A model generated the notes under the pieces. The model did not search any database. It saw nothing but the letters and a program-made list of their open reading frames with translations, and was not told the origin of the DNA. From Eledone cirrhosa (taxonomy: Eukaryota): a stretch of 64,000 bases of DNA. The first letter of the stretch is position 1; each line of letters opens with the position of its first letter. This document shows positions 13,928-26,336 of the stretch, one piece after another. Location of the stretch: contig OZ024743.1 in NCBI GenBank assembly GCA_964016885.1, positions 220,162,001-220,226,000 on the forward strand. Direction: 5' to 3'. Position numbers and translations under genes: made by a program.

Positions 13928-13930
13928 CAC
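11103..13930. repeat. Higher-order compound-microsatellite tandem array (units of roughly 50-80 bp)
   Basis: Recurrent unit ACATACAAACATAGAT(ACAT)n-ATAT(ACAT)n-AAAT(AC)n(AT)n repeated a few dozen times, interrupted by copy D at 11196-11635. Confidence 0.9.
11196..11635 (-). mobile_element. Non-autonomous RTE-related element, 5'-truncated copy D
   Basis: Reverse complement of 6307-6766 with a small internal deletion. The (CATA)n tail is on the left. Confidence 0.85.
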
Positions 13931-13931
13931 C

Positions 13932-13992
<61 letters not shown>

Positions 13993-14037
13993 AAGTTAGA
14001 TAAAAAGTCAAATGTTTAAAATTTAGCTTCGTTTATT

Positions 14038-14092
14038 AGTGCTATATATATTTCAGTGACAGCCATCTTTGGCTGTGACCTCTTCAGGCAGT
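14038..14092 (-). ncRNA. Minimal type-I hammerhead ribozyme in a solo PLE-terminus-like fragment (about 13987-14205)
   Basis: Minus strand reads ugc CUGAAGA ggucacagcca aaga uggcugucacu GAAA uauaua UA^ gca: intact core, helix II, palindromic helix III and short helix I. (TA)n on both sides. Confidence 0.8.
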
Positions 14093-14218
14093 CTGAATTA
14101 GTGTGGTATAGACAAGTACATATGTTGTTGAGGTGTATAATATTGACAATACTCTGATATGCCCAGTTCCTGGTTGGGTTGTTATTTCACTGAGGAACTG
14201 GAATCATATATATATATA

Positions 14219-14262
<44 letters not shown>

Positions 14263-14562
14263 TGGAATCTATATATATATATATATATATATATACAGTA
14301 TTTTCCGTTGTGTTGTAATATAAATATTACACACAGTAGATTATCAGCTCACGTAGAGTTTGCTCGACGGTTTCAGTTGTAGTTCCAAAAGTAATCCGGA
14401 GAAAAATAGAAAGATTCTGATGAAATGACAGTAAATAATAACATTGAAATATTGAATGTCTGCATAACTAAAAGTTTGTAGATAGCTGTTTTAGGTTATG
14501 TAACTGTTATAGAAACACGTGTCAATAAATTCCTTTCAACTAAACTGTATCCATTCAAATCT

Positions 14563-14616
<54 letters not shown>

Positions 14617-14699
14617 ATTAAAATACTGGAGCGTGTTGGAGTTAAACACCCACTTCGTATTATAGAAATGACAGTAAATATATATATATATATATATAT

Positions 14700-14865
14700 A
14701 ATATAAGATCAAAAGATGGTTAAAGGAGTTCCATGTATTTTATTATGCGCATTTCAAAAACAAACATCATCATGCAATAATATTTGTGTTTTCATCAGAT
14801 AAAACAGGAGAACATGATATGAAGGCTAAAAAACACTTGTGGATAGTGCAGTTTTAAATCAACAT
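14700..14865 (-). mobile_element. Solo 3'-terminal (pLTR-like) fragment of the PLE at 18727-21689, carrying a hammerhead at 14738-14804
   Basis: Near-identical to 18729-18896 and embedded in (TA)n. Confidence 0.85.
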
Positions 14866-14884
14866 ATATATATATATATATATA

Positions 14885-15488
<604 letters not shown>

Positions 15489-15659
15489 TTTTTTCCTATT
15501 CCATCCCGCCCGTCCCCTCAATCCATTTTATTTCTCATTCTTTCTTCTGATGAAGGACTAGCGTCCGAAACGTTAAGACCCTCTTCCTGCTACATCAAGC
15601 GTTAACCTAATATATACCTTCCATATACTGTACCGATTGTGCCGTTATTTCTGTTTACC

Positions 15660-15665
<6 letters not shown>
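15489..15665 (+). mobile_element. Short hammerhead-containing repeat, copy 1 (hammerhead 15543-15578)
   Basis: ucuu CUGAUGA a ggac uagc gucc GAAA cg UU^ aaga. The 3' end ctgtttaccttttac abuts (CA)n. Confidence 0.8.
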
Positions 15666-15745
<80 letters not shown>

Positions 15746-15746
15746 A

Positions 15747-15868
<122 letters not shown>

Positions 15869-16278
15869 AAATAGATCACCAAGGTTCAACAATTGATACA
15901 TTATTTATTTGATCTACATATGTTTCATTCCTTAAATATATTCTTTACGATACCTTTATAGAGATAGCGTCAGGATCAATTATATACAATTATATACAAC
16001 ATATAAAACAGTGTTTAATTACCGACCTATGTATGTTCGCACCATCATGGTTGGATCGATATTTGACAACTTTCTTACTAGCACATTGGTCAAAACCTTA
16101 GATACTGGGCTGAGCAGAGTTATGCACCGAAAATGTTCAATTCTGGCGATAATAATAATGATTTTATTTATTTGCCACGAGGGGGACGGGTGAAATGGAC
16201 ATTATATAGCCTATGTGAGTGTGTGTGTAGGAGGAAGAACGTCAACAAGGAAAGCTGATGATTGAAAAGAGAGTGTTT

Positions 16279-16333
<55 letters not shown>

Positions 16334-16334
16334 A

Positions 16335-16546
16335 CATGAATGGACCTGTTATTTTTATCTAAAGACATTTTTTTCCAATTCCACCCCAGCCGTCCCTTCA
16401 ATCTATCTTATTTATCATTCTTTCTTCTGATGAAAGACTAGCGTCCGAAACGTTAAGACCCTCTCTTCCTGCTATTTCAAGCGTTAACCTAATATATTCC
16501 TTCCATATACTGTACCGATTGTGTTGTTATTTCTGTTTACGTTTTA
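16335..16546 (+). mobile_element. Short hammerhead-containing repeat, copy 2 (hammerhead 16423-16458)
   Basis: Same family as 15489-15665 and 25737-25947, with one helix II substitution. The 3' end abuts (CATA)n. Confidence 0.8.
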
Positions 16547-16578
16547 CATACATACATACATATATACATACATACATA

Positions 16579-17735
16579 GACGAAATCCGAGCAGTTGATG
16601 TTGGAACTCGAAAAATACTAAACAGCACCGGAAACTTACACATCAACAGTGACATAGACCGCCTTTACTCGAAACGTAAGCAGGGAGGCAGAGGCCTAAC
16701 ATCAATCCAGACAACATTTGAATGTCGCATGCTATCTCTCCGACAACATCTACGTAGGAGCCCGTTTCTCAAGCAAGTCTATCTGCATGAAACAGATAAG
16801 ATCATGAGAGTTGGGAAGGAACTCCTTGAGAGATATTCCCTGTGTGATAATCAAAAACTCACACTTAGGGAAGTCGCTCAGCAGTATCGCAGTGAATCCA
16901 TGGATGAAAAACTGCATGCTTATCAGCAAAAAATCATGCATTGATATGTTGCCAGGAAGTTCCAGAGTGAGAGTAATATAGATAAGGAAAGTAGTCTATC
17001 TTGGACGAACAAACGCTATATTGGCTCCCACTTTGAAGGATACGCTTTTGCAATCCAAGAACAGGAGATTAACACGAAATACCTGATTCACAAAAGAGGT
17101 AAGGATGCAGGCAAAACACCTAGATGTGATAACAAGTGCAGACTCTGCAGAACTAACATCGAGGATATCACCCATGTCATCAGCAGCTGCCCAAAGATGT
17201 CATCGCGGTACTATCTACGTATGAGGCATGATGTAGTGGCCAAAACACTGTACAATGCAGTTCGTAAAAAAGATAGCCCCGATAATAAACACATTAAAAG
17301 CTACAGACATGTACAAGACATCCATGTACATAATATGAAAGAGTACTGGTGGAATGTTCAGTAAAACCCCCAATAAAATGCAGGCATAACACCAGATATT
17401 ATGATATGGGACAGGGAGAAGAAAGCATGCACAGTAGTGGAAATTACAAGTACAATCCATTAATGGAACAGTAAAAATATGTAAAACATTCCAAAAACTT
17501 TGCATCTAATAACTGCATATACACATGTACAGATGCAAAGCATATACACATGCACACATACAACTCAAAACATACACATCCACACATACAATAACATCCA
17601 TATCTACACATGCATACATACATATCTACCCAGTTGATGTGTAAATTCCAATGAGAGAGTCTTGTGTCTATGTTAGAAACCGACGCTCTCTATATTGGGA
17701 AAAAATTTGTGAAATTATAAAACCAGAGGAACATA
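16579..17735 (+). mobile_element. 5'-truncated R4/Dong-like LINE, same family as 461-4157, with an internal deletion near 17447
   Basis: DEIRAVDVGTRKILN..INSDIDRLY..KQGGRGL and CRLC..THVISSC..RHD. The 3' UTR is the reverse complement of 461-690. CATA repeats on both sides. Confidence 0.88.
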
Positions 17736-18042
17736 CATATATAACACAAGAAGTTACTGAAAGGTGCTATAAAATCCGTACAAACACACAGGTATCAGGT
17801 GTCTGTAGATTTACACACACACACACATATATATATATATACATTTCTGTATATATATTGTAGACAAAATAGAGTTACTTGAAGGGAAATTGTGAGTGAG
17901 AAGATTTAAGGTCATATGCATATTAACGGCTGAGTAGCCCAATTTGCATATCGAGTGGGTTAATCGGCCGGGTGCACCGAAAACGATAAACGGAAAAAAT
18001 GAAACGAAATTTAATTTCCCACTCTTAGTACGGCTGTTACTT

Positions 18043-18510
18043 AAATATAAGTATGTATGCGTACATACATATATGTATACAGGCGTACAGTAGTATGTAT
18101 ATATATATACATACATGCACACATATATATATATGTACGTATGAATTCACCGAACATTTATTATAATGCTCGGTGTGTTTGTAAACAAACATCCCGTATT
18201 AAGCCGTAGTGTCTAGCAACCATCGTTGCTCGTTTGTTCAACACTGACAAAGGAACGTTGTACTAGTTTCAAGCTTATTAGCTATCGTCAGCAACGTATA
18301 CCTTCCTGCCAGATGATTGAACGTCTGAAAGTATATACTTTCCTTATACTTTCCTTATGTTGTTTACAAACACACCGAGCATTATAATAAATGTTCGGTG
18401 AATCCCTACGTACATATATATATATATGTGTGCATGTATGTATATATATATATACATACTATTGTACGTCTGTATACATATATGTATGTACGTATACATA
18501 CTTATATATA
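18043..18510 (-). mobile_element. PLE terminal fragment with about 150-bp inverted repeats (18043-18192 / 18357-18510)
   Basis: The arms are reverse complements (cgaacatttattataatgctcggtgtgtttgtaaaca / tgtttacaaacacaccgagcattataataaatgttcg). A hammerhead lies in the spacer. Confidence 0.75.
18255..18297 (-). ncRNA. Minimal type-I hammerhead ribozyme
   Basis: Minus strand reads acguug CUGACGA uagcu aaua agcuu GAAA cuag UA^ caacgu: 6-bp helix I, intact core, palindromic helix III and a GUA cleavage triplet. Confidence 0.88.
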
Positions 18511-18515
18511 TATAT

Positions 18516-18644
18516 AGGAAAAAGTATGACGGCCTGGGCTCTACCGTCGGTGTCATACCTTTTCCTATTTCCCACTCTACTACCCTAAGTATTGAGTACT
18601 CTGGTGCGTTATGGTCCATCTGGTTCCTTACCACATTTCCTTTG

Positions 18645-18648
<4 letters not shown>
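18516..18648 (+). repeat. Hairpin-plus-tail repeat, copy 2 (hairpin centre deleted)
   Basis: taggaaaaagtatgac...gtcataccttttccta plus the tail shared with 8718-8795. Confidence 0.8.
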
Positions 18649-18734
<86 letters not shown>

Positions 18735-18766
18735 AGATCAAAAGATGGTTAAAGGAGTTCAATATA

Positions 18767-18833
18767 TTTTATTATGCGCATTTCAAAAACAAACATCATC
18801 AAACAATAATATTTGTGTTTTCATCAGATAAAA
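18767..18833 (-). ncRNA. Minimal type-I hammerhead ribozyme near the PLE 3' end
   Basis: uuuuau CUGAUGA aaac acaaauauuau uguuug augauguuugu uuuu GAAA ugcgca UA^ auaaaa, on the same strand as the PLE ORF. Confidence 0.85.
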
Positions 18834-20064
18834 CAGGAGAACATGATATGAAGGCTAAAAAAACACTTGTTGATAGTGCAGTTTTAAATCAACATATGAA
18901 AAGTGGTTTTAGATTGATGTGTGATATTGGGAAAAATATTTTATTTAGAGAGGGGGGGAGAGAAAAGGATGAAAAGGGAAGGAGATGAGAGGGAGAGATG
19001 GGTGATAGAGAGAAAGAGATAGTTTTTATAACAGAGAGGAGATATATTTTATATAGAGGGGTTGAAAACCGTTGGAAGATACTGTATAAATTAAAAATTT
19101 TGAAAATTAACGAAGGGAGGATATGTGCGAGGAAAAAATATATTATATTTAGGGAGGGGTGGGGGTGGAAAGGATGAAAAAAAGGGGAGGAGATGAGAGT
19201 GAAGGTGGAAAGGGAGAGATGGGTGATAGAGAGAAAGAGATAGTTTTTATAACTGAGAAAAAGATATAATGTTTTAATATAGAGAGGTTGGGAACCGTTG
19301 GAAGATAATGTATAAATTAAAGGAATTTGAAAATTAACGAAGGGAAATTATGTATGGAGATAGAGAGAAAAAAATAACGAAGGGAGATTATGTATGGAGA
19401 TAGAGAGAAAAAAAATAATAATTGTGGGTGAATATTCAAAAGGAGAAATGTAGGAATTTTAAAATTAGCAAAGAGAAAAAGTTTATGTATAGGATTTGAG
19501 AAAAATAATGTGAAGTTAAAGTTTTTATATTGAATTCATATGTATTAATAATGAGTTCGTTGATGGGGAGAAAAAAATAATAATAAATTAAGGATGAAAT
19601 TGAGATTAAAAAGATTTATGATAGAGAGAAAAAATAATAATGATTGCGGATGAATACTCAAAATGTCAAAAACAAATGTTATTGTTTTACGAGGAGATAT
19701 AATGAGGGTGATGAGTAAACGGGTATTATAGAGTGTATAATGCCCTTTAAAGTAAGGTAGATGGGTATATTTTAAAGAATATATGAGTATATATTAAAAA
19801 AAATATATAATAATAAATTAAGGATGAAATTGAGATTAAAAAGATTTATGATAGAGGGAAAAAAATAATAATGATTGCGGATGAATATTCAAAATGTCAA
19901 AAACAAATGTTATTGTTTTACGAGAAGATAGGATGAGGTAAATGAGTAAACGAGTACTATAGAGTGTATAATGCCCTTTAAAGTAAGGTAGATGGGTATA
20001 TTTTAAAGAGGTGTATGTATATGTGCCTTTGAGAAAAGATTCTAAATTGATAAAGAATTGAATA

Positions 20065-21445
20065 TTAACTGTATACTTTGTGAAAAGTTCTATGGAATTT
20101 ATGCAGGCAGATGGAAAACAAATCCGAGCGTCTATTTATTATGGATTCTAGGTTAGAGATAATGGTAAATTTTTCATTTAGGCAGAGATTACAGATTTTA
20201 GATAGAGAACTGTTCAAGTACGAGGATGCAGAAGAAATCTTTTTCCAAAAGATGTTATATTTAATGTTTTTGTCTTTTAAGGACCATATGAGTTCTGAGA
20301 GAGCAGTGTTAGTTCTTTTAAGTTTGTATTTGAAAGATGAATGATGATTATAGAGACGAGCTTTAAAAGAGGTGGAAGTGGAGCCAAAATAGGTGAAGGA
20401 GTTGGTGCTAGTTATAATTTTACATTCATAAATTAAGTTTTTATCGAGGCAATGGTTGTTGAGAGGACATTTATTTTTAATGCGGCAGTTGCAATTAGAG
20501 AGATTATTAATGAGTGATCTAGTGTTATCTATAGAAGGAATTGGATTGGAGAAGTTGTTTGCGATAGGAATAATAGGAATAATAGTTTCTTGATTTAGAG
20601 TTGGATTATGAACATTTAGCGAAGTTGTGTTTGACGTTGCATTTGGGTTTACAGAAGTTAGCCTAGGGTTTACAATGACGTCAGGAGTACTATTATTGTT
20701 ATTATGAGATTCAATATTGGAAGGAAGAGATTTAGTATTTAATATTTTGTTGTTGTGTTTAGAAATGATGTTGGAAATATTGGAGGATGTAGAATACGAA
20801 AATTTAATGGTGTGTTTGTTAAATATTTTACTATAGATATGTGAGGGAGGGAAGCATTTATTTAAGGCACTAAAAAATAATTTAGGAATATTGTTATTAA
20901 TAGAGATGGAGAAAGGAGCATTATACCAGATTATGTTTTTGTATCTAGGTCTTTTATTAAAATTATTGGAATGGTTATGATTAAATATTCTACTGTAAGT
21001 TTTCCTAGAATTTGTTTCTTTATTATATTTGATTTTATCTGGAAAGCCGGCTTTAGAAAGTGCGTTATTATAGTAATTGGCGTTAGCATCAAAGATGTTT
21101 TTATTAGAAGATATGTTAGATATTCTATTTCCAATATTATTAACTATAGCATTCTTGATATTGGTAGGATGGTTAGATTTAAAGTTAACATAATTAAGAT
21201 TCTCATTGTTTTTATGGTAAGGGTAATATAGGCCAGTGTCAAGATTAAGAGATACATCCAAGAAATTAGCTAGTTTGGTACTATTATCAAATTCAATTTT
21301 TAGGTTATGTTGGTTAAAGAGATTACGTATATTGTTCTTAATAATATTAAGTTTAACTATATTGCAATTTAGGATAGTAAAGAGTCCATCGTCACGATAA
21401 ATTCCACCGCGAAGTTGAGGAATTTTCCGACTCAAAGAGTTCAAA
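20065..21445 (-). pseudogene. PLE RT C-terminus plus GIY-YIG endonuclease (5'-truncated; the ORF-track N-terminus comes from the inverted repeat)
   Basis: YRDD RT motif and GIY-YIG motif NLIYECK...TYFGST..FKARLYNH. Confidence 0.88.
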
Positions 21446-21582
21446 ATCCTTTTCTCTCCCCCCCTCTCTAAATAAAATATTTTTCCCAATATCACACATC
21501 AATCTAAAACCACTTTTCATATGTTGATTTAAAACTGCACTATCAACAAGTGTTTTTTTAGCCTTCATATCATGTTCTCCTG

Positions 21583-21649
21583 TTTTATCTGATGAAAACA
21601 CAAATATTATTGTTTGATGATGTTTGTTTTTGAAATGCGCATAATAAAA
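21583..21649 (+). ncRNA. Hammerhead ribozyme, inverted copy
   Basis: Same sequence as 18767-18833, read on the plus strand. Confidence 0.85.
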
Positions 21650-21775
21650 TATATTGAACTCCTTTAACCATCTTTTGATCTTATATTATGCATACTCCAG
21701 TCCCACAAACTGTAGAGTGCTTCTTATCCGATATCTGCATTGCTTTATTGTACTACAATAAAACTCACCTCCTAC

Positions 21776-21812
<37 letters not shown>

Positions 21813-21815
<3 letters not shown>

Positions 21816-22021
21816 CAAAGAGGGTGTGGTAAGATACCAGGTGGACAATAGCACACCAGAGTACTCGATACTTAGGGTAGTAGAGTGGGAAATAGGAAAA
21901 GAGTCACGACCCCGACGGCTGAGCTCCGGCCGTTTCGACAGCTAAATCCGAACTAGTTTGGATTTAGCTGTCGAAACGGTCGGAGCTCAGCCGTCGGGGT
22001 CATGACTCTTTTCCTATTTCC

Positions 22022-22025
<4 letters not shown>
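21813..22025 (-). repeat. Hairpin-plus-tail repeat, copy 3 (about 130 bp palindrome at 21890-22020)
   Basis: aataggaaaagagtcacgaccccgacggctgagctccggccgtttcgacagctaaatcc pairs with ggatttagctgtcgaaacggtcggagctcagccgtcggggtcatgactcttttcctatt. The tail matches copies 1 and 2. Confidence 0.85.
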
Positions 22026-22118
<93 letters not shown>

Positions 22119-22545
22119 CGATATCCTGATGCAGGAGAGCTTCTCAGATATAGACAGTCATGGAACAATCGCATTAACAAGATACAAAACTAGATAAACT
22201 ATATATGAATAACGAAAGCATGGTTATATCAACAATATGAGTTGATCCCGAATCAAAATGTTAGCTTGCTGTAATGATCACGTAGTCACTCATTAACTAT
22301 TGGTAAACGGCGCTAATGATGTTGCATATCTAATGTTTCTAATGCTTCCATAAATATTTGTTTAGCCATTAGCTCATATTCTTTATTTTCATGACCATGC
22401 TGGGGCACCGCCTTCATTTAATCGATTTAGTCGATCATATCGATCCTAGTACACACTTTATTTAAATCTAATACTTATTTTATCGATCTATTTTTATCGA
22501 AGTTAAACAGACTCAAACGCAAACATAATCAACAACGCACACATA

Positions 22546-22576
<31 letters not shown>

Positions 22577-22581
22577 CACAC

Positions 22582-22615
<34 letters not shown>

Positions 22616-22768
22616 AAGAGAAAGTGAGAGAGAGAAAGTGAGAGTGAGAGAGAGATAAATATATATATAAAAAGTAAACAGAAATAACAAACCAAACAAC
22701 ACAGTACAATGAAGAAACACCTCTTATATATATATATATATATATATATAAGAGGTGTTTCTTCATTG

Positions 22769-22814
<46 letters not shown>

Positions 22815-23424
22815 TCTGATTGTAATATATCAATGCATAATATATCTTGTTCGGACCTATCAAGAAAAACATTAAGTATCCCAAATGGTTCTAATTCTTT
22901 ATTGTCAAGAAATACAGCTTTGTTACGACTTCATAACAAACATATCAGCTTAAATACTTCTATCTGTTCACAATACTGTTTCTATTAAGAACATTTAATG
23001 AAGTAGGTCGGGTTGATTCATTTGGTCCGAGCCAGGGTAACAATATGTGAGTAACTGCAAGAAAAAAAAATGTGGTCAGAAGGTTCTGAAAATGAAAACG
23101 TATTTGATCAGCCGTCGCTTGTCAAAAGTAACTGAAGCATGAAAGACATAAGAAGGTCAGCTGAAAAGTTCATATGCTGACCAACATACTCTCATGGAAT
23201 GACCAAATGAGGTTTATTTTTCATCATAGCCCCTGGAAAGCAACAACGCAGTTATTAATAAGAAGAGTTGAAATTAATACTTGCAAGATTTCACAGCTCT
23301 AGCATTCGTTTTACATAGTCAACTTATCAACGTTTCAGCCGACCCTCATACACAATACCAGTATTAGCGTCTACCTTAATCACTTTGATTCCAAATTCTT
23401 TGTAAATGAGTTCAGTTATATTTA

Positions 23425-23605
23425 TAATTGTTACTACTTTTTAGCACAAAGCCAACAATTATCCCAGTTCATTACTGGTGCTTTATTTTACCGTAAGGAT
23501 AAAAGGCAAAGTTAACCTCGTTGGGATCTAAACTCAGACCGTAAAGGGACGTAACTCTGTGCCGAAAAGCATGGCATCCGACCCTCTACCGATATTGTCA
23601 AACTG
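23425..23605 (-). mobile_element. tRNA-derived SINE (abundant family with a Nin/Deu-like core)
   Basis: Reverse complement of the family consensus ggcagtatcggtagag...gagttcaaatcccgccgaggttaactttgcctttcatcc...aaaagtagaaacaatta. Confidence 0.8.
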
Positions 23606-23987
23606 CTATATATATCAGGTCTGCTATGTTCAAAACTTAGACTAATTCAATTTTTCCTAATCATCTCCGCAAATTCGGTTGAAAAGGAAAGACCCTTCTG
23701 AAACTTGGACAGAATTTGATCGTTCTTAAGATGGACAATGGCTCAATAGTGGTTGCCTTCACTGGTCCGTATTTCTGCCGCAAAACAGACACTCGCCGAT
23801 TTAGAACGACAAAAAGAATTATATGACAAGATATAGGAATTAGTTATATAACAACGGCCCTTGGAATTTATTTTAAAATGAAATAACTGTCCATTTCTTG
23901 TAAACATTTATACATTTTACTTCTAATGTACCAGTGTAGTGCATGTATCATGTCAATGCATTGCTGATTCTTTTATAGGAAACTCTG

Positions 23988-24209
23988 AGGGCAGTGAATT
24001 AGCAGTATCGGTAGAGAGTCGGACGCTATGCGTTGCAGCATAGTGTTACGGACCTTGCCATTCTGAGTTCAAATCCCGCCGAGGTTAACTTTGCATTTCA
24101 TCCTTAAGGGGTTGATAAAATAAAGTACCAATCAGGCACTGGGGTCGATTTAATCGACTTTCCCCTCCCCCAAAATTGCTGGCCTTGTGCCTATATAAGA
24201 AACCATTAT
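23988..24209 (+). mobile_element. tRNA-derived SINE
   Basis: B-box-like gagttcaaatccc, core tttcatccttaaggggttgataaaataaagtacc and tail ggccttgtgcctatataagaaacc. Confidence 0.85.
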
Positions 24210-24477
24210 AGGAAAGTATTTTAAATGATTTTACTATAGAAATGCTTTAAAAATCTTGTGTTTTTTCTACTTGTCTCCACCGCACTAAATGATTATTGAT
24301 ATATTTCGTTTGTTAAAAAAAACTATCTTTTTTTTTTATCCCGAAACGCCTGGTAGAGTCATAAAGGTGCTCTAGTAACATATAGTGTTTCTTGGGCATG
24401 AACACGGACAAATTCTTCCAGAGTAAGGAAGGAGAGTGATGGAGAGGAAGTAAGAAAGAGATATAAAAGAAGAATCA

Positions 24478-24625
24478 ATCCCACTACTGAACTGATAATT
24501 TTTTTATCCATCTCGGAAGGATGAAAGGCAAAGTTGACGACGGTGGGATTTGAACTCAGAATGGAAAGGGCCGTAACTCAGAGCGAGCAGAAGTGAAACG
24601 AATATTGCAAATCATTCTATCCGCC
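24478..24625 (-). mobile_element. tRNA-derived SINE, degenerate
   Basis: ggatgaaaggcaaagttgacgacggtgggatttgaactcagaa. Confidence 0.7.
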
Positions 24626-24767
24626 TGAAATAAAATAGAGGCATGCATACAGTTACCTAGGTCAGTTCTAATGACCTAGAATCGTCATTAATCTATCTAT
24701 CTATCTATCTGTCTCTCTCTCTTTCTCTCTTTTTACATATATATATATACATGTATATATATTCTTA

Positions 24768-24861
<94 letters not shown>

Positions 24862-24984
24862 CTTTTACATACAACTCAGTGGAAAATAGAGAAAATAGAG
24901 AAAATAAAATTGTTTCGTTACGAGAAATATTTTTCGTTACGAAAATTTCTTTAATGTATGTAAACTTAGTATATATGTTTATAC

Positions 24985-25302
24985 GAGGGCGAAACGAGGA
25001 GATCCTGCGGAGAGCCGAGCCGTGGACGGTACAGACAGTGGTCACGGAACGACGGTGCCGTCTGGCTGGCCATATTCTGCGTCTGCCAAATGAACGGTAT
25101 TCGAAAACAGCGATGAACTGGACTCCGCCTGGCGGTAAACGGAGGCGGGGTTGCCCAAGGATCACCTGGCGACGAACCTTCCGGAAGGACCTGATGGCAG
25201 CCAACATCACCTGGCACGGACTCAAAACGTTGCCGCTGATCGTGATCCTTGGCGAGTACTTACTGCTCGATGCGCCGAACGGCGCCGAAGAATCTAAGAT
25301 AC
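24985..25302 (+). mobile_element. 3' fragment of a third RTE-clade LINE family
   Basis: NEEILRRA..VTERRCRLAGHILRLPNERYSKTAMNWTPPGGKRRRGCPRITWRRT. Confidence 0.8.
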
Positions 25303-25310
25303 AGAGAAAT

Positions 25311-25375
<65 letters not shown>

Positions 25376-25736
25376 TATATATATATATGTATAATTTTAT
25401 CTTCAAATATATAATATACAAGACACTGTCATAGTTTTAAATATTAAATATGTTCCATTCTTTTTGTAATGCATACGTACTAATGAGTGCGTGTATATAT
25501 GTATATGTATATTTATATATTCGTACGGACCTATAACACACACACACACACGCGCACACACACATACACACACACACACACAAACACACACACATGCTTA
25601 CGCACGTGCACAAGTATAGCTCTTTTTACAAAACGTTTTTTTTCCATTTCAGGTAGACGCGCTCCATCATCCATTTTTCTAAAAAAACAAATCATACACA
25701 AAACGCCAGCACCAATAGTTTTGCAAGAGATGTCAC

Positions 25737-25947
25737 CATGAATGGACCTGTTATTTTTTATCTAAAGACATTTTTTCCAATTCCATCCCGCCCGTCCCCT
25801 CAATCTATTTTATTTCTCATTCTTTCTTCTGATGAAGGAATAGCGTCCGAAACGTTAAGACCCTCTTCCTGCTATATCAGGCTTTAACCTAATATATACC
25901 TTCCGTATACTGTACCGATTGTGTTGTTATTTCTGTTTACCTTTTAC
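25737..25947 (+). mobile_element. Short hammerhead-containing repeat, copy 3 (hammerhead 25825-25860)
   Basis: ucuu CUGAUGA aggaa uagc gucc GAAA cg UU aaga, colinear with 16335-16546. Confidence 0.8.
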
Positions 25948-25951
25948 ATAC

Positions 25952-26008
<57 letters not shown>

Positions 26009-26087
26009 TTTTTTGTTAACTTTTAGGTGCATTTGTTTGTATGTATTATATACGTGTGTGTGCACGTGCGTATATATACTCATACAA

Positions 26088-26200
<113 letters not shown>

Positions 26201-26223
26201 CAGCTACATATATATATATATGT

Positions 26224-26274
<51 letters not shown>

Positions 26275-26285
26275 TAACAGATTAA

Positions 26286-26336
26286 AGTTTAAGCAAAGAA
26301 TCGCTGCTTTCACCCTTAACGGGATCTTCTGAAACT
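26286..26336 (-). ncRNA. Hammerhead-like motif with a variant core (CAGAAGA)
   Basis: aguuu CAGAAGA uccc guuaa gggu GAAA gca gcgauucuu ugc UU^ aaacu. All three helices pair, but U4 is A. Mirrored at 28683-28733 (+). Confidence 0.65.

Larger units (their letters stand above)
18727..21689 (-). mobile_element. 5'-truncated Penelope-like element with about 244-bp terminal inverted repeats (18727-18970 / 21446-21689)
   Basis: Minus-strand ORF has GGIYRDDGL, FLDVSLNL, SNHP, IIWYNAPFS and CNCR..CPL..C..LIYECK..YFGST (GIY-YIG). The long 3' UTR has internal tandem duplications. The element 3' end is copied inverted at the 5' break. Confidence 0.9.

Noticed and set aside
11564-13930. 788-aa and overlapping long ORFs rich in C/V/Y/M/I
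   Set aside because: Translation of a TG/TA/TATG satellite that lacks stop codons by composition. The same applies to the many YIYI, HTHT, CVCV and YVCM ORFs in the track.
14412-14530. Two further hammerhead-like strings (ctgatgaaatg...cattgaaatattg and gaaacacgtgtc)
   Set aside because: Helix I or the core is too degraded to call. They may be decayed copies.
18305-18345. Plus-strand cagatga...gaaagtatatactt hammerhead-like string
   Set aside because: No helix I pairing and a poor helix II.
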